DNA from: Nitrospirota bacterium
GTDB lineage: Bacteria > Nitrospirota > Thermodesulfovibrionia > Thermodesulfovibrionales > UBA9159
Direction of reading: 5' to 3'
DNA length: 64,000 bases
Assembly (NCBI GenBank): GCA_963699545.1
Contig: CAVOUE010000003.1
Location: forward strand, 192,001 to 256,000
This document shows positions 52,923 to 64,000 of this stretch, in pieces. Position 1 is the first letter of the stretch. The number at the start of each line of letters is the position of its first letter. The position numbers and the translations under genes are program-made. The notes beneath the pieces were generated by a model. It made no database searches and was not told the DNA's origin. It saw nothing but the letters and a program-made list of their open reading frames with translations.

Positions 52923-53990
52923 TGAACTGAGAAAATTCTCCACGAGGACAGGGTTGAAGTCCTTTCCCGATGCCTCTTTCATGAACTGCACTACGGTAGG
53001 ACTTTCCAGCGCCGCCCGGTAAGGTCTCTTGGCTCTCAGCGCATCAAAGAAGTCAGCAACGGCCGCCATCTGGCTCATAATGTGCTGCCGTCTTCCCCGT
53101 CGTTTTGTGTCAGGGTATCCGCTCCCGTCAAATTTCATATGGTGCTCGAAGGCCGTCACGAGGGCGAGCTTCGGGACATCCGGAAGGGCGGCAAGGTACC
53201 TCGCGCCGAAAACCGGATGGTTTTTGATGGCGTTCCATTCATCTACGTCCAGCTTCGCCTCCTTCTCCAGGATTTGCTTTGAGACGAACATCTTTCCCAC
53301 GTCATGGAGAAGCCCTGCCATGCCGGCGTCATGAAGGTCCTGACCCTTCATGCCCAGGGACTCTGCCTGAAATACGGTAAGCACCGACACGTTCGTGGCA
53401 TGGACATAGGTGTATTCACTGTAAGATTTCACCGGGCTGACGATACGAAGCACATTCGTTTCCCTCTTTAAGGTCGTGATGAAACCTGCAACCGCATCTT
53501 CCAGGCTTACCATGTCCAGCCTTTTGAATTTGGCAATCCCCTGATAGATACCCTTGACCTTTGTGATATTCTCGTTCATCAAGGTGTTCACATCGGTCCC
53601 TTCGTGACTGAACTTCACCTCCACCATTCCTACGGCAAGGTGAGGGCTCGAGACCACCTTTTCTGAGGAGGCAACACCGGCGGTGAATTGTATGAACTCC
53701 TCGGGAGTGAGCCCCTTCCTTATGATGATCTTTTCTATCCCTTTTCTCTTAAGCCTTCTTTTAAAACTGCTTATGTGGGCACCCTTGTCGGTGATGGGGC
53801 TGTTGTTAAAAACAAGGCTGTCCCCAAGGACGGTAAGGGTCAAGGTGTCTTCAGAATAAAGCCCTTCCATCACCGTAAGGGCCTTTTCGGAAAACTCACG
53901 CACGAGAGGGTGCCGCTCAGAGTACAGTGAGCAGTTCGAAAGCGCGGTCACCATATGCGAGATAAGTTCAGTTATCTTTTCCTGGGACAT
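52899..53990 (-). CDS. HD-GYP domain phosphodiesterase
   Basis: LLHDVGK, EHH.KFDGSGYP, DFFDAL...RPY. Confidence 0.9.
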   Translation of the reverse strand: MSQEKITELISHMVTALSNCSLYSERHPLVREFSEKALTVMEGLYSEDTLTLTVLGDSLVFNNSPITDKGAHISSFKRRLKRKGIEKIIIRKGLTPEEFIQFTAGVASSEKVVSSPHLAVGMVEVKFSHEGTDVNTLMNENITKVKGIYQGIAKFKRLDMVSLEDAVAGFITTLKRETNVLRIVSPVKSYSEYTYVHATNVSVLTVFQAESLGMKGQDLHDAGMAGLLHDVGKMFVSKQILEKEAKLDVDEWNAIKNHPVFGARYLAALPDVPKLALVTAFEHHMKFDGSGYPDTKRRGRRQHIMSQMAAVADFFDALRAKRPYRAALESPTVVQFMKEASGKDFNPVLVENFLSSLKTIRAI

Positions 53991-56139
53991 TGTCGTTTCC
54001 TTTGTGTTTAAGCAATCTTTCACTTATCGCCCTGATCTCCTTGTTCTTTGATGCGAGACCCTGATCGAGGAGCGGCCTGACAAGGGCCTGAGGGTAATTG
54101 GAGAGGCTTCTGAAGATCTCAACCTTGAGTTCTTCCATGGAGGACCTATACAGCATGGTCCAGGACTGATAGAGCCTTATGAGGGTATCCACGGCCCTGG
54201 GGTCACCGATATCCCCCAGTGCCTTTACCACAGAGGTCTTATGAAACCACTCCGTACGGAAGAGATCTTTCTTCTCAAGGATCTCCAGGAGATAGGGCAC
54301 CGCCGCCTTGACCTTGTACATGCCCGCGAGCTTCACCACCTGATCACGCAGTTCAAGGTCCTTGGAGTATAAATAGACCCTGACATAGGCAAAAGCACCC
54401 GGGACGTTGAAATGCAGAAGGGTCTTCACCGCCTCAATGCTGATCCTTTTATCCGCATGTTTCGCAAAGGGTCGGATCTCGTTGGCATATTTCACCCCAC
54501 CGCACTCCCTGATGAGGTATATCATGTTTCTCACCACATACCACCGCCCGTCATTCAGCTTTCTCACCGCCTCCGGGAGGGTCTCGCTCCTGAACCCGGT
54601 CAGCACGGAAAGATAAAATTTTCTTATGGACGGGTCCTTCTCTTCCGCCAGGGCATCAAGCAGCGGATCAGCGAGATGCAGTTTCAGTGCGCCCGCAAGT
54701 CTTGCAACTCCCTCCCGTCCAAACCTTCCCCAGAGCTTGAAGGCGTCAATCATTCTTGCTATGGCATCTTTGGAATGAAAGGAGAACTCGAGCATCCCAG
54801 CTGCTTCTGCCCGGTATTTTCCGGCAAGGGCATGGGCGTAAAGGGTGTTGTAGATATCGGATACCTCAAGGAACCTCCCTGTCTCAAGGAAGTCACCCGA
54901 CATTTCCGAAAGTCTCGTCAGAAGCGCAAGATACTCATCCCTGCCCGTGGTGTCCACCTCAAGCAATTCAAGCATCACCTCAGAAGCAGCCCTGTCAACG
55001 ATTTCGTCCCTGAACTCATCTCTCACCTGTTCAAGGATAGGGGACTTTCTCCCCTCGAAGCCGCTGAGCATTCTTTCCAGTTCCGCCTGGTATTCGTCAG
55101 TAACAAAGGTCTTGAAGTGATCCGAACTGAAAAGCCCCGTAATGCGTTCGTCGATCTCCACATCATCCACAAGTCCTTTTTTGTTTACGATCAGGTCGAA
55201 GAAGCCCACCCCTTTTTTGGCCGTGCTGAGCTTGTCGATGAGATTCCTCAGACTGTTGGGGATGAGGGAAGAATGCTCGCTGAACATGGCCATCACCTTC
55301 TCGATGTCATCCTGCCCGAGCTCTCCGAACAGTCGTCCAGCCTCACCGGCATCCATGGAGGGCCCGCTGAACGCCCTCTTAAGGAACTGTCGTTTGATCT
55401 CCGGGCTCAGATTCTGGACCATGGAGATGAAGCGGGTGAAGAGTTCACTGTTGATACCTGAGTCTTCTTTCTTCCTCAGGTAGGACGTGATCACCCTGTC
55501 GTACGTCACCTCAGGAGTGTCGTCCGCTATCTGATTGTTGATGAGATCGGCAATGTCCTCCGGAGCCACATTGAGGAGAACTCCTTCCGCATCTGAATCT
55601 GCAAGTCTTCCCTCAAGAAGACCGTATATATATTCTTCCCAGAGCTTTGTCTCGTCGCCATCCTGTCGAAGCTCCCCCTCCACAAACCCGAACTTCGATA
55701 TGTCAAGGGGGGTCAGCACAATGTGTTTGAGGCCATTTTTCTGCGCCAGCTCCGCGAGGGCCTGGCCGGTGGGGGTATGCTTCGCCGTGATCAGCTCATT
55801 GAAGCCGAAAAGCTCCTCCATCTCGAGCCCGGAGTAAAAGGTTATGGCGGCAGTTCCCTTGCCGTGGATGCTCACCGCAAATTCCCTGAAGACAGGGTTT
55901 CTCCTTTCCAGGGTGTATTCATCGACCACAAGGGTATCCTTTGCAACGCCGATGGTAATGCTGCTCCTGAGGTCAAAGAGCTTCTTAAGAAACCCAAAGG
56001 CCTTTTCTATGGATTCCCTTGCAATAGGATGCTCCCGGGGATAGAGGCCGACGCTCCTCCGCGAAATGTTCAGTTCGATGACCGCATCGGAAAGGAGCTT
56101 TGCATCAATGGGAAGTTTTTCTCTGGTCTTCTCTTCCAT
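53968..56139 (-). CDS. HEAT-repeat protein
   Basis: LYPREHP N-terminus; WYVVRNMIYLI, ALGDIGDPRAV helical repeats. Confidence 0.8.
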   Translation of the reverse strand: MEEKTREKLPIDAKLLSDAVIELNISRRSVGLYPREHPIARESIEKAFGFLKKLFDLRSSITIGVAKDTLVVDEYTLERRNPVFREFAVSIHGKGTAAITFYSGLEMEELFGFNELITAKHTPTGQALAELAQKNGLKHIVLTPLDISKFGFVEGELRQDGDETKLWEEYIYGLLEGRLADSDAEGVLLNVAPEDIADLINNQIADDTPEVTYDRVITSYLRKKEDSGINSELFTRFISMVQNLSPEIKRQFLKRAFSGPSMDAGEAGRLFGELGQDDIEKVMAMFSEHSSLIPNSLRNLIDKLSTAKKGVGFFDLIVNKKGLVDDVEIDERITGLFSSDHFKTFVTDEYQAELERMLSGFEGRKSPILEQVRDEFRDEIVDRAASEVMLELLEVDTTGRDEYLALLTRLSEMSGDFLETGRFLEVSDIYNTLYAHALAGKYRAEAAGMLEFSFHSKDAIARMIDAFKLWGRFGREGVARLAGALKLHLADPLLDALAEEKDPSIRKFYLSVLTGFRSETLPEAVRKLNDGRWYVVRNMIYLIRECGGVKYANEIRPFAKHADKRISIEAVKTLLHFNVPGAFAYVRVYLYSKDLELRDQVVKLAGMYKVKAAVPYLLEILEKKDLFRTEWFHKTSVVKALGDIGDPRAVDTLIRLYQSWTMLYRSSMEELKVEIFRSLSNYPQALVRPLLDQGLASKNKEIRAISERLLKHKGNDNVPGKDN

Positions 56140-56325
56140 AACGCCCGGGTCAGGCTCTCTCAAGTACCTGACCCTTATATAATACTATAATACGGCAAGA
56201 ATCAAATCTGCTTTTTTTACCATAACGGGACCTGCACGGGTAAAAGGGCTCCGACCCATCCTTCCCGTGCCTTCTCAAGTACGCACCGCGCTTCTACGCT
56301 TGGTTCGAATGGTATAATGTGTGCT

Positions 56326-57066
56326 ATGAATAGCGTGACCGCAAAAGCCCTCACAAAGGATTACGGCTCCCTGAGGGCAGTGGATGCCATAGATTTCGCA
56401 ATTGCCAGGGGAGAATGTTTCGGCTTTCTCGGGCCGAACGGCGCAGGAAAGACAACGGTAATGCGCATCATCTACTGTTTTATGCCACCGACGTCGGGAG
56501 AGGTAAAGGTGTTCGACCTGGACGTTACGAAAAATCCCAGCGGGATAAAGGCAAGAATAGGGGTAATGCCCCAGGAGGACAACCTCGACCCTGACCTCAC
56601 CGTCTTTGAAAATCTGATCGTCTATGCCAGGTATTTTGACATCCCGAAAAAGGTCTCTGCGAGGCTTGCATCGGAACTCCTGGAATTCGTGGAACTCCAG
56701 GGAAAGGTCCGGGTGAAGATCGGGGATCTCTCCGGCGGCATGAAGCGGCGGCTCATCCTCGCCAGGTCCCTGATAAACAGCCCTGAACTGCTGCTCCTTG
56801 ACGAGCCCACCACCGGACTTGATCCGCATAGCAGGCACGCTGTCTGGGACAAGCTGAACCTGCTCAAGGCAAAGGAGACGACCCTCATCCTCACCACACA
56901 CTACATGGAAGAGGCCGAAAAACTCTGCGACACAGTGGCCATAATGGACAGAGGCAAGATCGTGACCGTCGATTCACCCGGCCACCTGATGCGGACGCAC
57001 GGCGGAAATCTTGAGGATGTCTATCTCAAGCTGACGGGTCTGCGACTCCTGGAGGGGGCAACGTGA
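56326..57066 (+). CDS. ABC transporter ATP-binding protein (NodI-like)
   Basis: GPNGAGKT, LSGGMKRR, LDEPTTGLD. Confidence 0.9.
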   Translation: MNSVTAKALTKDYGSLRAVDAIDFAIARGECFGFLGPNGAGKTTVMRIIYCFMPPTSGEVKVFDLDVTKNPSGIKARIGVMPQEDNLDPDLTVFENLIVYARYFDIPKKVSARLASELLEFVELQGKVRVKIGDLSGGMKRRLILARSLINSPELLLLDEPTTGLDPHSRHAVWDKLNLLKAKETTLILTTHYMEEAEKLCDTVAIMDRGKIVTVDSPGHLMRTHGGNLEDVYLKLTGLRLLEGAT

Positions 57067-57815
57067 ATCTTAAGAGGGCGTTCAGGGTCTGGCAGCGGAA
57101 TTTTACCGTCTATACCAAGCTCTACAAATCGAGCATAGCCCTGAATTTTGTGGAGCCGGCCCTCTACCTTGCCGCCCTGGGCCTGGGGCTCGGTGCCTTC
57201 GTCAAGGAGATTAACGGCGTGCCATACGTAAATTTTATCGCTCCCGGGATCATCGCCTCCTCTTCCATGTTCGCCGCGACCTATGAATGCACCTACGGGA
57301 CCTATGTGAGGATGACCTTTCAGAAGACCTTCGACGCGATCCTCGCGACCCCGGTGAACATCGACGACCTTGTGGCAGGAGAGCTCATGTGGGGCGCTAC
57401 AAAAAGCATGCTTTACGGCACGATCATCTTGATCGTGATAGCCCTCTTCGGGCTGGTGGATTCTCCCATGATCATTCTCGCCATCCCCGTCCTTTTCCTC
57501 AGCGGGCTGATCTTCGCGGAGGTTTCCCTGATCGCGGTGGCCACGGTGCCGGGGATAGATACCTTCAATTATTTCTACACCCTCCTTATGACCCCCATGT
57601 TCCTCTTTTCCGGAATCTTCTTCCCTCTCACGGGTCTGCCTCCCCTCGTCACAAAGATCGCGTTCTTTACGCCCCTCTATCATCTGGTAAATATCTGCAG
57701 GTCACTGGCAGCGGGAAGGATCGAAAGTGTCTGGGACATTATCTGGCTGATCGTCGTCGCGGCGTTCCTGGCGCCGTACCCCTTCCGGCTCATGAGGAGA
57801 AGGATAGTGAAGTGA
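57063..57815 (+). CDS. ABC-2 permease (NodJ-like)
   Basis: FIAPGII, ILATP, PMFLFSGIFFP, PLYH. Confidence 0.9.
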   Translation: MNLKRAFRVWQRNFTVYTKLYKSSIALNFVEPALYLAALGLGLGAFVKEINGVPYVNFIAPGIIASSSMFAATYECTYGTYVRMTFQKTFDAILATPVNIDDLVAGELMWGATKSMLYGTIILIVIALFGLVDSPMIILAIPVLFLSGLIFAEVSLIAVATVPGIDTFNYFYTLLMTPMFLFSGIFFPLTGLPPLVTKIAFFTPLYHLVNICRSLAAGRIESVWDIIWLIVVAAFLAPYPFRLMRRRIVK

Positions 57816-58020
57816 AGCCGAGATGAATTGCCGGCTTTCTGTAAACCGCACCTTTGAAGCCTGGCAAAAAATAGTGCTCATTATGATCGCTAATCAGCAG
57901 TAGTGACACCTGTCAAAAGCTCGCTAACAGATGCGAGATCGGATCCGTGGAAACAATGCATGTTGTCGCATTCCAACGATTCCCGCAGCGCCTCATGATT
58001 TTAGCAATTACTGAATTTCC

Positions 58021-58049
58021 TTGACGAAATGTTCCAGAGATGGTATTCT
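58021..58049 (+). promoter_or_regulatory. sigma70 promoter of csp
   Basis: TTGACG-N17-TATTCT. Confidence 0.65.
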
Positions 58050-58167
58050 ATGGATAGAATTTTAGAAGTTTTTGCCGTTTATGAGGCCACAAAGACTTTT
58101 GACTTTGTGGCCTTTTTTTGTTGAGGCCTTCTGAGATTTGAGTCTAAAGAAAAAGGAGGGAGAAGAA

Positions 58168-58368
58168 ATGGAACAGGGAACTGTGAAATGGTTTAACGAC
58201 AGCAAAGGTTTTGGATTCATTACGAATGAAGACGGAAGTGAAGCGTTTGTTCACCATACGTCCATCCAGGGTAATGGCTTTAAGAGTCTTGCCGAGGGTG
58301 ACAAGGTCAGTTTTGATACTGAAAAGGGTCCGAAAGGCCCCAAGGCGATCAATGTCGTCAAACTGTAA
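58168..58368 (+). CDS. Cold-shock protein
   Basis: [19 protein letters not shown]. Confidence 0.95.
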   Translation: MEQGTVKWFNDSKGFGFITNEDGSEAFVHHTSIQGNGFKSLAEGDKVSFDTEKGPKGPKAINVVKL

Positions 58369-58376
58369 TTAACCGG

Positions 58377-58410
58377 AAAAGGCTCCCTTCTCTTGGAGGG
58401 GGCCTTTTTT
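58377..58410 (+). terminator. Intrinsic terminator
   Basis: AAAAGGCTCCCTTC..GGAGGGGGCCTTTTTT. Confidence 0.7.
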
Positions 58411-58447
58411 ACTTACGATTTCACTTGTCACGAAAGGAGCTACTGCA

Positions 58448-58648
58448 ATGACCAAAGGAAAAGTAAAATGGTTCAACGATTCCAAAGGCTTTGGTTTTAT
58501 TACGAGAGATGACGGTTCCGACGTCTTTGTTCACCATGCTTCCATTCAGAGCAACGGGTTCAATACCCTTGCCGAGGGCGATATGGTAGGCTTTGATGTC
58601 GAAAAGGGCCCGAAGGGTCCCAAGGCAATCAACGTCGTCAAACTCTAA
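58448..58648 (+). CDS. Cold-shock protein
   Basis: [21 protein letters not shown]. Confidence 0.95.
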   Translation: MTKGKVKWFNDSKGFGFITRDDGSDVFVHHASIQSNGFNTLAEGDMVGFDVEKGPKGPKAINVVKL

Positions 58649-58696
58649 ACCACCGGAGAAGCCCCTCTGCTGTGCAGGGGGGACTTCGTTTGAAAG

Positions 58697-59080
58697 GTGA
58701 AAATGACCTACCGTGAAAAGTGTGATGCGAGAATGGAGAGGACGCAGCAGAGGCTTGACGCCGGCCTTATTTCCAGGCGCTTCCCTGAAGTTTCAAGCAT
58801 AGTCGTTGACATGAAACACCACAGGGAAGGAATAGCAGCGATTCTCGTATTGAGAACGCTCAATTTTTCGTCCGACAGTCATGCGTATTTTCATGTTGAA
58901 TGCCTGAACAGAGATTGCAAGGATTGTACCGAGGGGTTTGATTTGGAGCACGTCGTTACTGCGATGGTCAGAAGTCATGCATTCTCGAGAGAGGGGGAGT
59001 TGGACTGTAAGGGAAACGGTCTCACCTCCGGTCATGTGAACATTGACTATACGGTTACCATACAATACAATGAAAATTAA
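58697..59080 (+). CDS. Hypothetical Cys-containing protein
   Basis: Clean ORF with C...DC..C..GGFD-like motif. Confidence 0.6.
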   Translation: MKMTYREKCDARMERTQQRLDAGLISRRFPEVSSIVVDMKHHREGIAAILVLRTLNFSSDSHAYFHVECLNRDCKDCTEGFDLEHVVTAMVRSHAFSREGELDCKGNGLTSGHVNIDYTVTIQYNEN

Positions 59081-59360
59081 GAAAACTCTCGAAGTATCAT
59101 GCTACGGCAGGATTACGGGTCATCCGTCGTTACGTGAACAAAAATGAGAAGAGTTCTTTGAAACGTTTCTTAACAAGGTCATACAGCTCATCTTTCGGTA
59201 GCTAAACTACCTTCTCAAAAGCCCTGCCGCTTCTCCCCCCTCCTTGCAGAGGGCTTGGCCTTGTCGGGAGAAAGTCTGTTCTCTCATTTCTTTCTTGCGG
59301 GCTTTCAGTAAATAAGCACTGATATTCTCTTTGTCTTTACAGAAGAAGGAGACCTCAAAG

Positions 59361-62300
59361 GTGAAGGTGATCAACAAGACCATACTCGGAAGCCTGCCGC
59401 ATCTGCGTGCGAGCTTCCGCGGAACAGACCTGGCGCAAAAGTGCGCTGTCTCCGAACCTCCGCTGCGATCGGAGTTGTTCAGCATCGACCAGATGGAGCA
59501 GCATGGCATGACCCTGGCGGGCTTGCACAAATTGAGCCCGGGATATCCTCCTGATCAACTCCTGGGGCGACTGGCTGAGAATGAAGGCATCCTGACCGGA
59601 ACCCGTCGCCTGCTTATGGAGGCGGTCACAACTGATCGCCGGATCACGCCGGCAGGCGAATGGCTGCTCGATAATTTCTACCTGATCGAAGAACAGATCC
59701 GCACGGCCAGGAGACATCTACCAAAGGGGTACAGCCGGGAACTTCCCCGCCTGCGGGACGGTCTTTCGGCAGGGCTTCCGCGCGTGTATGACATCGCTTT
59801 GGAGACGATCTCACACAGCGATGGGCGGATAGATCCGCAAAGTCTCAGCAGGTTCGTTGCAGCCTACCAGACAGTCACCGTCCTGAAGTTGGGAGAATTG
59901 TGGGCCATCCCTATTATGCTACGGCTCGCGTTGATCGAGAATCTCCGACGCATTGGGGCACGGATCGCTGCCGACAGACTCGACCGAAACCAGGCTGATT
60001 ATTGGGCGGACCGGATTACCGAGATCGCCGGAAAGGACCCGAAAAGTCTCATATTGGTGATCGCGGATATGGCGCGGTCGAACCCGCCGCTGAAGGGCGC
60101 TTTCGTTGCGGAATTTGCCCGCCGGCTTCAGGGTCAGGGCCCGGCCCTGGCAATGCCGCTCACCTGGATTGAACAGCGACTCTCCGAGTGCAGTCTGACG
60201 ATCGACCATTTGGTCCAGTCGGAGAACCAGCAACAAGCGGCTGATCAGGTTTCGATGAGCAACAGCATCGGCAGCCTCCGTTTTCTTGGCACAATGGACT
60301 GGCGCGAGTTCGTCGAGACGATGAGCGTTGTCGAACAGACCCTGCGTGAGGACCCCGGCGGTACGTACGTCAAAATGGACTTCTCCACTCGTGACCGTTA
60401 CCGTCACGTGGTGGAGAAAATGGCGAAGAGCGGCAGACTATCGGAAGGCGAAGTGGCAGCCGAAGCAATCCGGCTCGCGCACAGGGGCACAATCAATAAA
60501 GACGGTACTCGCTGCGGAGATGATCGCGAGGCTCATGTGGGCTATTACCTGATCGACAAGGGATTGCCGCAGCTTGAAGAGCTGGCACATGTGCCGATTG
60601 TCTGTCTCCAGGGCTCTTCGGAAAGTGAGTTCCCGGGTTCCTTTGCTCCTCTATCTGGGCACGATCACGCTCATGACAGCGATTTTCACCGGGGGGTTAC
60701 TGACGAAGGCGCATAGTGATGGTTTACACAATTGGCTGCTCGTGATGACCGGTATCCTCTCATTGCTGTGTGCAAGTCAGCTGGCGGTTGCAGTGGTGAA
60801 CTGGCTTGCGACATTGCTGGTAATTCCGCAGCAGCTGCCGCGAATGGACTTTTCCAAAGGTATTCCGCCTGAATCGCGGACTCTCACCGTTGTCCCGACC
60901 ATGCTCACAAGCGCCCAAGGAATCGAGGACCTGATCGAGGCTCTGGAAGTCAGGTTCCTGGCAAATCGTGACGAAAACCTGCACTTCGGCCTGCTGACTG
61001 ATTTTCAGGATGCGGCAGAGGAAACGCTGCCGGAGGACGAACCGCTGTTACTGCTGGCCCGGCAGAGAATCGAAGAACTGAATGAGAAGTACAGGAATGC
61101 AAAAGGCGATACGTTCTTCCTTTTTCACCGCCCGCGGCGATGGAACGCCCGGGAGCAGGTTTGGATGGGTTACGAGCGCAAGCGGGGGAAGCTGGCGGAA
61201 TTGAATTCCTTATTGCGCGGCGGAAAAGATGGCGGGACAGATGATCTCTCCGGAAACTCCTTCTCGCTCATCGTCGGTAATACAGAAATCCTGTCAAACG
61301 TAAAGTACGTGATCACCCTTGACACTGATACTCAGCTGCCGCGCGATTCGGCGCGGCAGTTTGTGGGAGCCATGGCGCACCCGCTGAACCGTGCGCAATA
61401 CGACGAAGGCAAACAGCGCGTTGTTGCCGGGTACGGCATCCTTCAGCCCCGGGTCGGAGTGAGTCTGCCGGGCACAAACCGCTCGCGGTATGCCCGCATG
61501 TACGGGAGTGATCCTGGCATCGACCCATACACACGTGCGGTCTCGGATGTCTACCAGGACATCTTCCTTGAAGGTTCTTTTATCGGCAAGGGGATCTATG
61601 AGGTCGACACATTCGACCGGGCGCTGGGCGGACGTTTTCCCGAGAACCGGATACTCAGCCACGATCTCATCGAAGGGTGTTACGCGCGCGCGGGGCTTCT
61701 GAGTGATGTAATGTTGTACGAGGAGTACCCCTACCGCTACAGCGCTGATGTGAGCCGCCGGCACCGTTGGATTCGCGGTGATTGGCAGCTTGTGCGCTGG
61801 CTGCTACCGGGGGTTCCAGGCCCCAATGGACAGCGCCAAAAGAACCCTCTCTCGCTGTTGTCCCGATGGAAGCTCTTCGACAACCTTCGGCGCAGTCTCG
61901 CGCCTTCGGCATTGACGCTTCTCCTGCTGCTGGGCTGGACGGTCCTGTCATCACCGTGGTTCTGGACCTTGTCCGTAATCGGCATCTTTCTTATCCCCTC
62001 TGTGATATCCTTTATTCTCGACCTGCTTAAGAAGCCGGGCGATCTGCTTTTCAGTCAGCATCTCACTGCTGTGGGGCGCTCCTTCGGCAGGCGCTTTGTC
62101 CAGCTTGTGTTTACGATCGCCTGTCTCCCGTATGAAGCGTCTTTTCAGTCTGGATGCGATTCTGCGTACAACCTGGAGAATTCTGGTCACACACAAGCGA
62201 CTCCTTGAATGGAATCCGTCAGGTGACCCGGACAAAAATGCCCTTAGCTCCCGTATGGGTGGTTTCGCCGGTGTCTGCCGGACCATGTGGTTCGCACCCT

Positions 62301-64000
62301 TTCTTGCCGTCGCAGCGATAATCCATCTGGCGCTTTTTAATCCCGCTGTCCTGGGAGCGGCTGCGCCAATACTGCTTCTCTGGTTTTCCTCTCCCGTTAT
62401 CGCGTGGCGGATCAGTCTGCCGCTTGCCCGCAACGAAGCAAGGCTGAGGCCCGACCAGACCGTTTTTCTCCAACAGCTTGCCCGAAAGACCTGGGCCTTC
62501 TTCGAGACATTCGTCGGCCCCGAAGACCATTGGCTGCCGCCTGATAACTATCAGGAGCACCCCGCCCCTGCCGTTGCTCATCGCACTTCACCTACTAACA
62601 TGGGACTTGCGCTGCTGGCGAATTTGTCCGCCCACGACTTTGGCTACCTTTCTACGCAGCAACTCATCGAACGCACCACGAATGCATTCTCTACAATGGA
62701 AACGCTGGAACGCTACCGGGGCCACTTCTATAACTGGTACGACACACAGACTCTCAAGCCGCTGCGGCCCAAATACGTCTCCACCGTGGACAGCGGGAAC
62801 CTTGCAGCCCATCTGCTTACGTTGCGGCAGGGTCTGATGACGCTTCCCGATCAGACAATCCTAGGCCCGCGGGTCTTTGATGGGCTCCGCGACACATTAG
62901 GGATTCTCCTGGACGCAGTGGCCGAAACACATTTTGAAGGGGACGTCCCTGTCTTGCTCGCTCAACTACAGAAAGAGCTGGAATCTACCTATAATTTCAA
63001 ACCACCTGTTCTGGCGACTGCGCAGCTCTGCCTTGATAACCTCGCAAAGTACGCAGAGGAGCTGCTTTCCAAGATCGATCCTCTGGATGTCGGTTCGGGA
63101 AATCAGGCCGGCTCGTGGGCACACGCTTTTGCCGGGCAATGCCGGGCCGCGCTCAATGAGCTGACGCTTCTCACCCCGTCGTCAGTGAACGGCATTGATG
63201 AGATACCGACGCTGCGCGAACTGGCAGGCATGGGAAACGAGCTCGCTACTGAGAGGATTACGGCTATCGAAAAGCTTGTGTTGCAGTCCGGCGAACTCAG
63301 CCGCATGGAGTATGACTTCCTGTTCGACAGGGCGAGTCATTTGCTGGCCATCGGGTACAACGTCGACGGCCGCAGGCGGGACATGAGTTACTACGACCTG
63401 CTGGCTTCGGAGGCCAGACTCTGCAGTTTCGTAGCGATCGCCCAGGGACAATTGCCACAGGAGAGCTGGTTTGCCCTCGGGCGCCTGCTCACGAACGTCG
63501 GGGGAGAGCCGATCCTCGTTTCCTGGAGCGGTTCGATGTTCGAATACCTCATGCCGCTCCTGGTAATGCCGACGTATGAACGCACGCTGCTCGATGCGAC
63601 CTGCAAGGCGGCAGTGGCCAGGCAGATCGAGTATGGGAGGAAACGCGGGGTACCCTGGGGCATTTCGGAATCGGGCTACAACACGATCGACGCCCATCTC
63701 AACTACCAATACCGCGCCTTCGGCGTCCCCGGCCTGGGCCTCAAACGCGGGCTCGCCGACGATCTGGTAATTGCGCCCTATGCTTCGGCGCTTGCGCTCA
63801 TGGTGGCGCCCGAGGAGGCGTGCCTGAATTTGCAGCGGCTCGCGGCGGAAGGATGCGAGGGGAAATTCGGCTTCTATGAAGCGATCGATTACACTCCTTC
63901 GCGTTTGCAACGCCGACAATCGAGTGCCGTGGTCCGGTCATTTATGGCTCACCATGTGGGCATGAGCTTTCTCTCCCTGGCCCATCTGCTTTTGGACCGT
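59361..64000 (+). CDS. ndvB: Cyclic beta-1,2-glucan synthase (NdvB/Cgs), 5' part with frameshifts
   Basis: EWLLDNFY, GYERKRGKL, TLDTDT, SHDLIEG, RRHRWIRGDWQ, YDLLASEAR, SWSGSMFEYLMP, WGISES. Confidence 0.9.

Noticed and set aside
54412-55461. 349-aa plus-strand ORF
   Set aside because: Antisense to the HEAT-repeat gene.
2628-64000. Frameshifts in over a dozen genes as pseudogenes or programmed frameshifts
   Set aside because: They are scattered single-base indels in otherwise well-conserved genes, best explained by long-read errors; needs polishing to settle.

Overview
Bacterial chromosomal segment (moderate GC). Gene content and style suggest an anaerobe such as Nitrospirota/Thermodesulfovibrionia or a deltaproteobacterium-like lineage; this is inference. 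Many conserved genes carry single-base frameshifts, most likely uncorrected long-read errors. Main modules: VapBC and an orphan HigA around a low-GC inverted-repeat-flanked cassette; an NHEJ cluster (two Ku, LigD polymerase, LigD phosphoesterase-ligase); chrB/chrA and arsR-arsC-acr3 metalloid resistance; a sigma54-driven operon of four tandem USP genes plus YeeE/YedE opposite a Cys-rich PAS-AAA+ activator; selenocysteine formate dehydrogenase fdnGHI-fdhE preceded by a relic of a second fdh alpha gene; ubiE/menG, bioA, cNOR norCB with a two-heme NorC; HEAT plus HD-GYP; NodIJ-like ABC; two csp genes; and the 5' part of a cyclic beta-1,2-glucan synthase. Most notable: a modular palindromic element (60-bp core plus nested 21-bp palindromes, 102 and 123 bp, both multiples of 3) inside the bioA and ligD coding regions, and a TATGA-N6-TCATA CRP/FNR-type regulon that includes a candidate anti-Shine-Dalgarno sRNA.
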